Below are positions 1 to 8,812 of a stretch of DNA of 64,000 nucleotides, piece after piece; position 1 is the first letter of the stretch; each line of letters opens with the position of its first letter. This DNA comes from Pyrobaculum sp. GTDB taxonomy: Archaea > Thermoproteota > Thermoprotei > Thermoproteales > Thermoproteaceae. The stretch spans positions 9,640-73,639 of the forward strand of contig JAVZUI010000003.1 of the NCBI GenBank assembly GCA_038879095.1, written 5' to 3'. The notes under the pieces are model-generated. The model had not been told where the DNA came from. It worked only from the letters and a program-made list of their open reading frames with translations, and made no database searches. A program made the position numbers and the translations under genes.

Positions 1-365
1 CAACACGCCCAAATTTAAAAGGTGAAGCCCCGACAACGGTCGACAGTGCGCCGCGTATTACCCAGCGGCAGAAACGCCTTGAAGAGACGTCACGAGGCGC
101 CCACAGCCAACTAAATACAACACAGAGCAAAGGCGAAAAGTCAGCATCCCCCTCACCAAGTATATAAAACACAGCCCAACAACGCCACGATGGCGATAAA
201 ATGCACCGTAGAGCCCCACGCCCCCGACGGCCCCTCCACCCACGTACAAGAAACGCCGACAGGAACCAACCACGCGTCTGTACACAGGGCCCCGTTAAAA
301 GACACGCCACATCGAGAAGAGCAGAACGGAGAGAAGCGCTTAAAGAGGGGACAAGTATTTAAAAC

Positions 366-1394
366 ATGACGAGACGTGTAAAGCTACCCTTCGCCGGCCG
401 CGAGGTGGAGTTCGTAGACCGCGAAGTGGCGCTAAAACAGTTCGAGGAGCTGGCGGAGAAGGGCACTCGCTTCCCCATCGTGGTCTATGGGCCTGAGGGG
501 TGTGGGAAGTCGGCATTGTTGAAGCAGGGGATGGAGGTTCTTAGAGAACGCGGCTATTCCGTCGCTTATGTCAGCCCTCTTGTGGATAAGGAGCGCGACC
601 GCCTGCTCTACACAGAGGATCTTGTGGATGTGGTGAAGGAGGTTTTGGGCGAAGTTGTCAGCAGATTCCCAGACCCTTTTAACAGCGCCAGGGCCTTGAT
701 TACAATAGCCGTAGAGGCGCTGTACCGCGCCGTAGAGAAAGGCAGAAACAGGAAGATCGCCGTTTTGGCAGACGACGTCTTCCAAGCCATTGGGTTAGAC
801 AAGGCAGAGCTTCTCGTGAAACAGTTCTTGAACATGATTGAGTGGCCCTCTATCAAATACGACAAAATCGTCATCGTCGTGGCATCGAGCGAGGGAGTTA
901 CTTGGGAGAGGGTGGGGAGGCACAGCTGGGCTGAGATTAAAACCATGTGGAACATGCCGAGGGAGGGGTTCAAACAGCTCTACGACCTACTGCCGGGGCC
1001 GAAGCCGCCTTTCGACGAGGTGTGGAAGTGGATCGGCGGAAACCCTCGGTATTTAGACCGCCTATATGTCGTAAAGTGGGACGTGGGAAAAGTCGTAGAT
1101 GAGACTGTGAGACGACTCATGGATAGGTTAGCCAGTTTAAACGACGTAGAGAAGAAAGTCCTCGTCAAGGCTCTTGAAGACCCAGACGCCCTGTTTCACA
1201 ACATTAGGGACGTACCAAACCTCGTGAATAGGCTAATCGAGTGGAACCTCATCACAAGAGTATACAACAAAGACCCATACTTCTGGGTAGACCAGCCCCC
1301 GCCTGAGAAAGACCCCGAGCTTGGGGTTGGGAAGTTCTATGCCTGGCAGACGCCGCTCCACCGCGAGGCTGTAAGGAGAGCCCTCGCCGCGTGA
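366..1394 (+). CDS. Archaeal P-loop ATPase (Arch_ATPase/AAA-like)
   Basis: 342-aa ORF with Walker A 'GPEGCGKS' near the N-terminus and a hydrophobic-DD Walker-B-like 'IAVLADD'. An AT-rich TATA-like element lies just upstream of the ATG. Confidence 0.7.
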   Translation: MTRRVKLPFAGREVEFVDREVALKQFEELAEKGTRFPIVVYGPEGCGKSALLKQGMEVLRERGYSVAYVSPLVDKERDRLLYTEDLVDVVKEVLGEVVSRFPDPFNSARALITIAVEALYRAVEKGRNRKIAVLADDVFQAIGLDKAELLVKQFLNMIEWPSIKYDKIVIVVASSEGVTWERVGRHSWAEIKTMWNMPREGFKQLYDLLPGPKPPFDEVWKWIGGNPRYLDRLYVVKWDVGKVVDETVRRLMDRLASLNDVEKKVLVKALEDPDALFHNIRDVPNLVNRLIEWNLITRVYNKDPYFWVDQPPPEKDPELGVGKFYAWQTPLHREAVRRALAA

Positions 1395-1683
1395 CGGCGC
1401 GACTGAGAGCCGATTGCAGTTTATGCGTTGCTACTGCCAGTGGCAGTCGTGAAGGAGCCTTTATGCCAGCCATGGCTCTGTGCAGTAAGAGGTAGGGCGA
1501 GGCCGACGCCAAGTCGTGCGCCTCAAGCTGATCCTTGTAAGGGACGTTTGGGGCTTTCGAAGAGTTCGTCCAGCCAAAGCGCCGCGATGGGCGTCCTGGC
1601 AGATGCAACAAGCTTCTGCGGGCTCTGCGTCCATGGGGGCGACGCGTCGTAGAAAAGATTTTAATCGATTAAATTAGGGGGAT

Positions 1684-2010
1684 GTGCTACACCCGAAGTG
1701 GCTACAGCGTCACGTCCGCCACTTTGAAGAGGCGCTTAGAGGCGCGGAGCGGGGGGACCACCGCTGGGCCTGCTACAACGCCTACGTCTCGGTGAGGGCC
1801 CTCCTGCTCGGCCTACTCGGCAGAGATCCCTACAAGCCCGACCCCGGCCTATACGCACTGGCCGCCCTCTTGAAAAAAGTGACGCGGCCCACAGTGGAGG
1901 TGGAGAAGTGCGCCAAGTGCCTAGAAGACTGGGAGGACAAGCCCGCCGTGAGGTGTTTAAAATGCGCCGAGCTCATAGCCGAGGCCCTACTGGCGCGTGC
2001 CCAGACTTGA
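1684..2010 (+). CDS. HEPN-domain-like small protein
   Basis: 108 aa, helical, with a pattern typical of HEPN N-terminal helices ('HFEEALRGAERGDHRWACYNAYVSVRALLLGLLG'). The perfect palindrome TTTAATCGATTAAA lies in its promoter. Confidence 0.4.
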   Translation: MLHPKWLQRHVRHFEEALRGAERGDHRWACYNAYVSVRALLLGLLGRDPYKPDPGLYALAALLKKVTRPTVEVEKCAKCLEDWEDKPAVRCLKCAELIAEALLARAQT

Positions 2011-2409
2011 AATGTTGATAAACGAGGTGAAGAGAGCCTTGGCCCTTGCTGAGAGCATTGTGGAAAGGCCTATTCAAGAGTTTCTGGACGACGACGAGGC
2101 CGTGTTTGCCCTGAGATACGCGGTGGTGGAGGTGGTGGAGGGGTGCGTCCAAATCGGAATCCACATCTTAAAAAAGCTGGGGACAAGAGCGGCAACGTAT
2201 TCTGAAGTGTTTTAAAGGCTTTATGAAAAGGCGTGGTAACCCGGTCCGTCGCCGAGTCTATGAGGCGTTTTGTAGGCCTTAGAAACCTAATAGTACACAG
2301 GTACTGGGAGGTGGACGACGAGAGGATGTACAAAGAGCTGAAGGAGGAGGGCTTAAGGCGGGTCCGGGAGTATCTTGAGTCGGTGGCTAAATATGCTTCG
2401 GTGGTTTGA
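1997..2409 (+). pseudogene. DUF86/HepT-like (HEPN toxin) gene, disrupted by an in-frame TAA and a -1 frameshift
   Basis: The N-terminal part is in frame 2 and ends at TAA 2213-2215. The C-terminal part, with the RX4HXY signature 'GLRNLIVHRYWEVD', is in frame 1 from about 2227 and ends at TGA 2407-2409. The junction reads EVF*..LYEK/GVVT. Confidence 0.6.
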
Positions 2410-2791
2410 GCTGAGCCCCGAGGCCAAGGAGGAGGTGGTGGATAAGATTAGGCGTGTGTTGGAGGGGGAGGGGGCCGTGTCGTTTGCCTACCTCTTCGGA
2501 AGCTTTCTAGAGGGCGGCCCCTTTAGAGATGTGGACGTGGGCGTCTACCTAGGCGTCGAGACGGACCCCATCGAAGCCGCAGTATACGCCGAGGAGCTAT
2601 CGGCCAAGCTCAGCCGCGAGGTGGGCCTCCCCGTGGACGTCGTCGTGCTGAACTTCGCCCCGTCGTGGATAAAGAGGGCGGCGTTAGAAGGCCGGCCGCT
2701 AGTCGTAAGGGACGAGGCCAAGTGGGCCGCCCTCTGGGCGTGCCTAATCGACGAGGAGTACCTATTCAAAACCGCGTTTGGAGAGAATTAA
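2393..2791 (+). CDS. Nucleotidyltransferase-domain protein (MNT-type partner of HEPN/DUF86)
   Basis: 'FAYLFGSFLEGGPFRDVDVGVYL' matches the GSx10-12D.D minimal NTase motif. The ATG at 2393 overlaps the DUF86 3' end. Confidence 0.75.
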   Translation: MLRWFELSPEAKEEVVDKIRRVLEGEGAVSFAYLFGSFLEGGPFRDVDVGVYLGVETDPIEAAVYAEELSAKLSREVGLPVDVVVLNFAPSWIKRAALEGRPLVVRDEAKWAALWACLIDEEYLFKTAFGEN

Positions 2792-3128
2792 GCCCACCCA
2801 ACCACTTCTAGCCAGCGTCGAGAGACATCAGCCCGAGACTGGCGCCTACGTTAGCGAAAAGCAGAGCCGGCTCTGTCGCGAACTACATACCTACATAGTA
2901 ACTACATAGGTATAAAGTCGCCACAGAAATAGAAAATCGTATCACGCGCCGTTCGGGAGACGGGCCAGCCTCGCCTGTTCCTGGCGTACTCTGGATGTTG
3001 CCAATTTTCACATACTCAGGCGACGTAAAAATTCTCGACGCGCCTGGGTGCGCAACTCCTAAGGCACAACTCTTATAAGTCGATACACAGGGCTATGCGT
3101 GGACGAGGCAGTGGTGGGGGTGGTTTGA

Positions 3129-3575
3129 GTGTTAGTCACCGTTGTAACGTCCATTGCCACGTTGGCGTATTGGATGGGTAGAAAATTTCAAAGACTAGAA
3201 AGTGAGGTGAAGACGGTTGGGGAGGAGCTTCGGGATAAAACGAACAGCCTTCTGCTCGGCTTTCAGAGCTATCAAGAGTTTTTTACAGAACTCCTCGCAA
3301 GCGATGACGTGTTGAGGGCGGAGAGGGTCCAGTCGGCGAAAAACGAGCCGTCAACGATGGCGAAGATGGCGATGGCTGACCCCCTTGCGAAAGAGGAGGT
3401 TGAGAGGTTGGAGGAGCTACTGCGGAAAGACGAGCTTACTCTAGAAGAGGCTCTAGAGCTAAGGGAAATAGCCAGGAAGGTGGTTAGAGAGTACGGCAAC
3501 TACGCGGAGGCTTGGAAGCTACACGCCTACGCCAGCCTCATGGTGGGGTTGGCCGGGTCAAAAAAGGCGGGTTAG
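3129..3575 (+). CDS. Hypothetical protein with N-terminal membrane anchor and coiled-coil region
   Basis: The 148-aa ORF has a hydrophobic N-terminus and charged heptad-like repeats. No recognised family. Confidence 0.35.
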   Translation: MLVTVVTSIATLAYWMGRKFQRLESEVKTVGEELRDKTNSLLLGFQSYQEFFTELLASDDVLRAERVQSAKNEPSTMAKMAMADPLAKEEVERLEELLRKDELTLEEALELREIARKVVREYGNYAEAWKLHAYASLMVGLAGSKKAG

Positions 3576-4069
3576 CAGACTTTGTTTAAGGCGGGGCCGT
3601 CCATGTCGTAGTAGTAGCCCTCCACCTCGGCGCCGAGGGGCTTAAGCCTTTCGCACGAGAGCTTGACGTTTTCTACGGCGGCTTTTTCCGCGTCTCCGCC
3701 TGCCCTCTTCACCGCCTCGGAGAGCTGGGCGGCAAGCGACGGCGGGGCCCTGCCCTGGGCCGCAAGCGCCACCGCGCCGCACCTCTTGTGGCCTATGACG
3801 TATATCCTGCGGACGCCCAGTTGCTCCACTGCGAACTTCAGCGAGTCGTATACCACGTCGGTCACCACGTTGCCAGCCACCCTCACGACGAACATGTCGC
3901 CGATGTTAGACAGAGTGAGTAGCTCCGGCGACAGCCGCGAGTCGGCGCAGGTCAAGACGGCGCATTTGGGAGACTGAGCCGCCGCGGTCCTCCTAATCGC
4001 CTCAAGCACCTCGCGCCCAGAGAGGCCGCCGGAGCCGGAGGCAACCCGGCTGAACCCCTCCAGGCACAT
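3572..4069 (-). CDS. Beta-class carbonic anhydrase
   Basis: Zinc-ligand motifs 'CADSR' and 'GHKRCGAV' (CxDxR ... HxxC) at the spacing typical of beta-CA. Confidence 0.8.
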   Translation of the reverse strand: MCLEGFSRVASGSGGLSGREVLEAIRRTAAAQSPKCAVLTCADSRLSPELLTLSNIGDMFVVRVAGNVVTDVVYDSLKFAVEQLGVRRIYVIGHKRCGAVALAAQGRAPPSLAAQLSEAVKRAGGDAEKAAVENVKLSCERLKPLGAEVEGYYYDMDGPALNKVC

Positions 4070-4091
4070 GACCCGGAGAAAGACCGGCCTT

Positions 4092-4101
4092 AAATTAATT
4101 G
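4092..4101. promoter_or_regulatory. AAATTAATTg (9/10 of the palindrome AAATTAATTT) between the carbonic anhydrase and GlcG genes
   Basis: Read directly from the sequence. It lies upstream of the TATA-like box of the GlcG-like gene. Confidence 0.35.
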
Positions 4102-4137
4102 TTGGAAATTTATTTAAAGCCCGCCGCGGAGGGTGGC

Positions 4138-4536
4138 GTGGACGTCGACGCCGTTTTCCAGGCGGTTAAGAGGGGCGTGGAGAAGGCCAAGTCGATGGGG
4201 ATAAAGGTGTCAATCGCCGTGGTGGACGCCTCGGGCCAAGTGGTGGCTGTGTACAGAATGGAGGGGGCCTATCCCTTCTCCCCCGACGTGGCGGTGAGGA
4301 AGGCGGTCACGGCGGCCTACTTCAAGAGGCCCACGGGCGAGCTGGCCGAGAGGGCTGCGCAGAACCTCCCCCTGTACCTCGGCTTAACAATACACGAAGG
4401 TCTAATATTCGGCAAGGGTGGACTGCCCGTGGTGAAAGACGGCGCGTTGAAGGCGGCCGTAGGAGTAAGCGGAGGGACCGGGGAACAGGACGAAGAAGTG
4501 GCAAAGACGGTGGCCGAGCACCTAGCCCACCTATAA
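4138..4536 (+). CDS. GlcG/DUF336 (HbpS-like, heme-degrading-type) protein
   Basis: 'IAVVDASGQVVAVYRMEGA', 'AVRKAVTAAYF' and 'GGLPVVKDGALKAAVGVSGGTGEQDEEVA' are typical of DUF336. The GTG at 4138 sits about 20 nt after a TATA-like 'AATTTATTTAAAG'. Confidence 0.75.
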   Translation: MDVDAVFQAVKRGVEKAKSMGIKVSIAVVDASGQVVAVYRMEGAYPFSPDVAVRKAVTAAYFKRPTGELAERAAQNLPLYLGLTIHEGLIFGKGGLPVVKDGALKAAVGVSGGTGEQDEEVAKTVAEHLAHL

Positions 4537-4564
4537 ACATGTAAGCCAGCAAAGACGGCAAGAC

Positions 4565-5053
4565 GTGCTCTCCAAGCCCTTGATCGACCTGGCGCGTTAT
4601 AGAGAGGTTAGGCTTAGGGAGGCGCTCTACGAGGCGGAGCTGGCGGAGCGGTTTTTAGAAGAGGGCTTGGTCCGCAACGCCGCCGGGAAGGCGTTCCAGG
4701 CCTGGAAGGCCCTCGTCGCCGCATACGCCGTAGACAAAATTGAGGATCTGAGGAAGGCGTACCCCGGCACGAAGAGGCTGAGAGGCGGAAGGCGCGCGGT
4801 GGAGAAGGCGGTGTGGGTGGTGGCAATCATGCCAACGACTCAGCTGAAAAAAGTGGCTCAAATAGTCGGCGGAGAGGTGGACGCATACACCGACAAGGCG
4901 CTTCGCATAAACGAGTACAGGTACAACGGCCCTGACCCCCAGGGCGTGTCGAGCATATACCCAGACGACTAGTCCGCGGCCAGAGACGTCAAAGCCCTAG
5001 CCCAGAAGGTCCGGGAGCTAGCCGCCGTGGCGTCCGGCGGATGGCGCCCCTAA
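4565..5053 (+). pseudogene. PaREP1/PaREP8-family (HEPN-like) protein with an in-frame TAG at 4970-4972
   Basis: 'REALYEAELAERFLEEGLVRNAAGKAFQAWKALVAAYA' is paralogous to the ORF at 13370. The 26 codons after the TAG stay in frame and align with the paralog's C-terminus. The gene may simply be a shorter intact ORF (4565-4972). Confidence 0.6.
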
Positions 5054-5446
5054 GCCAACGCACAAGCGGCCACCTCATACAGCACAAAGACTGCTCGGTT
5101 CAACTTAGCCTCCCTAAGCGCCGGTCTCGCGGCCTCAAAGGGAGGTGGCTCTCAGCGGCGGCATCCTCGACGTCGAGGGCCCAGTGGCGTCGTGGCAAGA
5201 GGCGGCGCGGAGAGTGACTTGCAAATTTTGTAGAACCGGCTTTGATGCCGGCGGCCTAAGGGGGCTTTCCCAATCTCTAGCTGAATTTACCGCCTCGCCG
5301 CATGTCCCCGCCGCGAGGCGGTGTCCCACTTTAACTGATCTGACCCGGTCTTAAGCAAAACGCGTTTGGCCTCGTGTAGAAGGCCTCTTTGTCGGAGGGC
5401 CCGTGTGAGGAACGCGGCGTAGAGAAGGGGGCTGAACGCGCTTTGT

Positions 5447-5456
5447 AAATTAATTA
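5447..5456. promoter_or_regulatory. AAATTAATTa (9/10) upstream of the ferredoxin/monooxygenase promoter
   Basis: About 15 nt upstream of the TATA-like AAAATATATAT. Confidence 0.35.
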
Positions 5457-5502
5457 AATTGTATTTTGGCAAAATATATATGACGGGGCTGAAATTAAAT
5501 TC

Positions 5503-5718
5503 ATGCGGCGGATCGAGGTTACGATAATACCTCAGAGGTGTAAGGGGTGTCCATACTGCGAGGAAGCTTTCCCGGAGTTGTTCAAAGTCAACAAGGTCGT
5601 CACGCTCGCCAGCGGAGAACACAGGGCATATCTGCCGATAGAGTACTTGCCTAAGGTCCAGAGGGCGTTCTTTAGCTGTCCAAACGGCGGGATTTCGTAT
5701 CGGATAGTCCTTGCATAG
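5503..5718 (+). CDS. Small single-cluster ferredoxin (CxxCxxC...CP type)
   Basis: 71 aa with 'RCKGCPYCEEAFPELF' and a distal 'SCPNGGI'. TATA-like 'AAAATATATAT' lies about 25 nt upstream. It directly precedes the monooxygenase genes. Confidence 0.55.
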   Translation: MRRIEVTIIPQRCKGCPYCEEAFPELFKVNKVVTLASGEHRAYLPIEYLPKVQRAFFSCPNGGISYRIVLA

Positions 5719-5870
5719 CGACGCGCCGTATCTAATACTCGGCTCAATTAATTTTTCTCTTCTGAAATAGATGATGTTCAATTTTAAATATTTAAGAAGT
5801 TGTTAAATTTAATCCGAATGAGAACTTTTTACTTTTGGACAAGTTTAAATACAAATTTAGACTGTTAGAC

Positions 5871-6660
5871 ATGCCTAATTTAGAGCCTAAAGAGCCTAGG
5901 TTGCCCACGAGGGACGAGTTCTATGACTTGGCTAACAAGTTCGAGTGGACGCCTAAGTACGTAAGTGAGGAGGAGCTGTTTCCCGTGGACATGCATGGTC
6001 TGCCCTACTTGCCCATAGACGTGTGGGCCGAGACCTACGACGCGCCGTATAAGGTGTTGTATAGGGAGTACGTCAAGAACCAGAGGTCGAAGGACCAGAT
6101 GGTGTTCGCGGTGAGGGACGCCGCTGCCAGGGCGGAGCTGGACAGGAAGCTAGACCCTGTGTACCACGGGGGAGCTTTTTGTTTTCACATAACCGCAATC
6201 CCCATACCAGAGTACACAGCTGTGGTTGGAGAGGGGCGCATGGCTAGGTTTGGCAAGTCCGGCGAGTGGCGCAACTTGGCCACATTCGGCATGATGGACG
6301 AGACAAGGCACGCCCAGTTGCAGATACTGCTGGCCCACGACAAGATTGGCATTAACCCCAAGTTCGCCTTTGGCCACAAGCTCTTCTGGGTAGACGGGTG
6401 GGTTTCGGTTTTCGCCCGTAAGTTCTTCGACGATATTATAACTGCGGCTGACGCCGTGGAAAACGCCTTGATGTTAACCTTCGGCTTCGGGGTTCACAAA
6501 CTTGCAATTCATCGCCTACGCCGCCATGGCCAACAAGGCCGGCGATTTCATGTTCGCAAGCACCACCGCAAGCATACAGACAGACGAGTCTCGCCACGCG
6601 CAGATAGGCCACCCTGTTCTGAAGACGTACGCAGATATTGCGAAGCTAAGTTCTAGGTGA
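5871..6660 (+). pseudogene. Soluble diiron monooxygenase hydroxylase alpha subunit, N-terminal half (frameshifted)
   Basis: 'PEY' followed 30 residues later by 'DETRH', and in the +1 frame 'GFTNLQFIAYAAMANKAGDFMFASTTASIQTDESRHAQ'. The reading frame changes at the G-run 6489-6492. The gene ends at TGA 6658-6660. Confidence 0.75.
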
Positions 6661-6666
6661 TTTTTT

Positions 6667-6676
6667 AAATTAATTT
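6667..6676. promoter_or_regulatory. Perfect palindrome AAATTAATTT upstream of the alpha C-half gene
   Basis: Lies in the 74-nt AT-rich spacer between the alpha halves, upstream of the TATA-like ATATATTTAAATT. Confidence 0.4.
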
Positions 6677-6734
6677 TTTGTCTTTTGAACTAATTTTGTG
6701 ATATATTTAAATTGAACAAAGTTATAATATATTA

Positions 6735-7661
6735 ATGGAACGAAAAAGTTTGGGAGAAACCAGGGAGCAAGTACGTGAGGCGCTGGCGGAACAACATAAG
6801 CTGATATCCACACGGTTGCTCAAGACTGTGGAATTTGCCACCAAGATCCGCGAGAGGGGGAGGCAGTATAAAGAGGCGGCGGAGTACTACATAGCGAAGT
6901 CCTTCTGGCTTAACTGGAGGGCCATAGCGGCCTTGACTGGGCCGTCCATGGACTACCTAACGCCGCTGGATGGCAGGATTATGTCCTTTAAGGAGTTCAT
7001 GAGGGAGTGGGTGGGCGCGCAGTTTAAGAGGCAACTGGAGGACTACGGGATCGAGTTGCCGTGGTACTGGAAGTACTGGGAGGCTGAGACCGAGTGGTGG
7101 CACCACGCCTTCGAGCTTGGCATATACCTGTGGAGGAGGACTTTGAATATACACAACAGAGGCCCGACCCCCGACGAGAGGAAGTGGCTGAACGAGAAGT
7201 ACGAAAACTGGGAGGAGAACTTCGGCAGGTACTGGGACCTCTACGCCAAGAACTACATAGAGGGGAGGCCGCCTCTGCCCAAGACGGCGCCGTTGTTATG
7301 TAATATGTGCCAGGTGCCTCTGATCAGCCTAAAGCCCGGCCGCCACGTCTTGATATACCAAGTGGAGTACAAAGGCAGGGTGTACAACTTCTGCTCCCCG
7401 GTGTGTATGTGGATATTTCTCAACGAGCCGCAGAGGTACGCCGGCCATATGTCGTACGTTGACAGAATTGCGGCCATGAAGATCAAGCTCAGCCCTGAGG
7501 CGCTTAAAAGCATTGAGAGGCTGTGGGACGAGATCATTTGGAACATGGGCTTCACAGAGGCAGGCGAGGCGGGGCTTGACCCCACCAACGGCGCGTGGGC
7601 CCTGTTGTACAAGGAGAAGGACCCCGAGTACGATAAAAGAGTCGCCCGCTGGACGTCATGA
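6735..7661 (+). CDS. Soluble diiron monooxygenase hydroxylase alpha subunit, C-terminal half (separate gene)
   Basis: 'ALTGPSMDYLTPLDGRIMSFKEFMREWVGAQFKRQLEDYGIELPWYW' matches the post-helix-F region of MmoX/DmpN-type alpha subunits. A YHS-like 'CNMCQVP...YKGRVYNFCSPVCMWIF' is present. It has its own AT-rich promoter. Confidence 0.85.
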   Translation: MERKSLGETREQVREALAEQHKLISTRLLKTVEFATKIRERGRQYKEAAEYYIAKSFWLNWRAIAALTGPSMDYLTPLDGRIMSFKEFMREWVGAQFKRQLEDYGIELPWYWKYWEAETEWWHHAFELGIYLWRRTLNIHNRGPTPDERKWLNEKYENWEENFGRYWDLYAKNYIEGRPPLPKTAPLLCNMCQVPLISLKPGRHVLIYQVEYKGRVYNFCSPVCMWIFLNEPQRYAGHMSYVDRIAAMKIKLSPEALKSIERLWDEIIWNMGFTEAGEAGLDPTNGAWALLYKEKDPEYDKRVARWTS

Positions 7662-8074
7662 GCGCCGTGCCCACGATCTTCATGCACGAAGAGGACTTTG
7701 TGTGGCAGGTCTTCTTCGTGCCGGCGGAGTTCACAGTGAAGCAGGCCACGGACTTCCTAATGTCGCTGATTACAGGAGCCACCGTGTGGCCTAAGAACAA
7801 GGAGGTGCGGATGGTTAAGTACAAGACCGGCGAGGTGCTTGACCCCAACGCGAAGTTCGGCGACGTGGTTAAGCCGGGGGAGCCCGTCTTGCTGGTCTGG
7901 TGGCCCCCCAAGGAGGAGTGGTGGAAGTCGAAGGACGACCCCGTCTTCAGATTGGCCCGGGAGACTGAGGAGCTTATGAAAACCAAGGCGCCTAGGTCGC
8001 CCATGGTGATATTCAAAGAGGAGTTCGAAAGGCTGAGCATCATCAAAAGGCTGGAACGGGAGGGCAAGATATGA
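7658..8074 (+). CDS. TmoB-like small (gamma) monooxygenase subunit with C-terminal extension
   Basis: The N-terminal 85 aa ('MSAVPTIFMHEEDFVWQVFFV...RMVKYKTGEVL...PGEPVLLVW') follow the pattern I recall for T4moB. ATGA overlap with the upstream gene. Confidence 0.55.
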   Translation: MSAVPTIFMHEEDFVWQVFFVPAEFTVKQATDFLMSLITGATVWPKNKEVRMVKYKTGEVLDPNAKFGDVVKPGEPVLLVWWPPKEEWWKSKDDPVFRLARETEELMKTKAPRSPMVIFKEEFERLSIIKRLEREGKI

Positions 8075-8469
8075 TCACCGTCACCGTTGGCGACTATCCC
8101 GGCGACTACGTAGCCGTCTGCAACGTGGACGAGCTTGTGGACGGAGAGGCGCAGGTGTACAAGGTGGGGCAGTACGAGGTGTACGTGGTGTTTAAAGACG
8201 GCGAGATTAGGGCGTACTACGGCAGATGCCCACACGCCTTCGGCGAGCTGGCCCCCTCCGACTTCGACGGGGAGAAGATAGTGTGCAACGTCCACCAGTG
8301 GGAGTTCGAGCCCCTCACCGGCGTCTCCATAAACCCCAAGGGCTCCCGCCTCTTTGCCTTGAAACACGAGGTGAGAGACGGCGTACTCTACGTAAAGGTG
8401 CCGAAGATGCCCGCGTCGGAGTTTAAGGAGAAGTACTTCAAGATGTACGGGGGGGAGGGCCATGAGTGA
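8071..8469 (+). CDS. Rieske [2Fe-2S] ferredoxin (TmoC/TouC-like)
   Basis: 'CPHAFGEL' and 'CNVHQWEF' (CxH-x17-CxxH). 132 aa. ATGA overlap. Confidence 0.85.
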   Translation: MITVTVGDYPGDYVAVCNVDELVDGEAQVYKVGQYEVYVVFKDGEIRAYYGRCPHAFGELAPSDFDGEKIVCNVHQWEFEPLTGVSINPKGSRLFALKHEVRDGVLYVKVPKMPASEFKEKYFKMYGGEGHE

Positions 8470-8812
8470 GGCTGCGGTCCGGGAGTGGGCGCCTGAGCTG
8501 GAGCAGTACCTGATAACTGAAGACAAGCTGCCCAAGGACTTGGTGGGCCCCGTCTTCATGAAGAGGGAGCTGGCCATATACGCCACGTTGGCGATTGCCG
8601 AAGACAACCCGGACACCTTCGTGGGGGTGCTGGACAGAGGGCTTTACATAAGAGTGGTGGGCAACAAGAGGCTGACGTTGAGGCGGAGGACGCTTGAGGA
8701 CTTGGCAGGCAGGGCCGTGAGGTTCCCCGGAGAGGTGGAGGAGATGATGTCGGCGTTCGCCGGTAAAATTAGGGTTACTGGAGAAGAAATATTGTGGTAC
8801 CTAGAGCTATGA
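8462..8812 (+). CDS. MmoB/DmpM-family monooxygenase effector protein
   Basis: 'VGPVFMKRELA...AEDNPDTFVGVLDRGLYIRVVGNKRLTLRRRTLEDLAGR...MSAFAGKI' is typical of TmoD/MmoB effectors. Confidence 0.8.
   Translation: MSEAAVREWAPELEQYLITEDKLPKDLVGPVFMKRELAIYATLAIAEDNPDTFVGVLDRGLYIRVVGNKRLTLRRRTLEDLAGRAVRFPGEVEEMMSAFAGKIRVTGEEILWYLEL

Noticed and set aside
58-285. 75-aa minus-strand ORF at the window start.
   Set aside because: Gly/Val/Arg/Cys-rich and low complexity, opposite a C/A-rich plus strand. No motif and no promoter-like element. Treated as a chance ORF.
5287-5781. 164-aa minus-strand ORF overlapping the ferredoxin gene.
   Set aside because: It runs through two AT-rich promoter regions and is antisense to a ferredoxin ORF with a clear Cys motif. 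The composition is not protein-like.
7552-8616. 354-aa minus-strand ORF, plus similar long antisense ORFs (10022-10636, 10969-11493, 11494-11964, 18229-18990, 20576-21205, 38142-38783, 50472-50972).
   Set aside because: All lie antisense to genes with strong family motifs. They are Ser/Arg/Pro/Gly-rich, as expected for shadow ORFs in GC-rich DNA.
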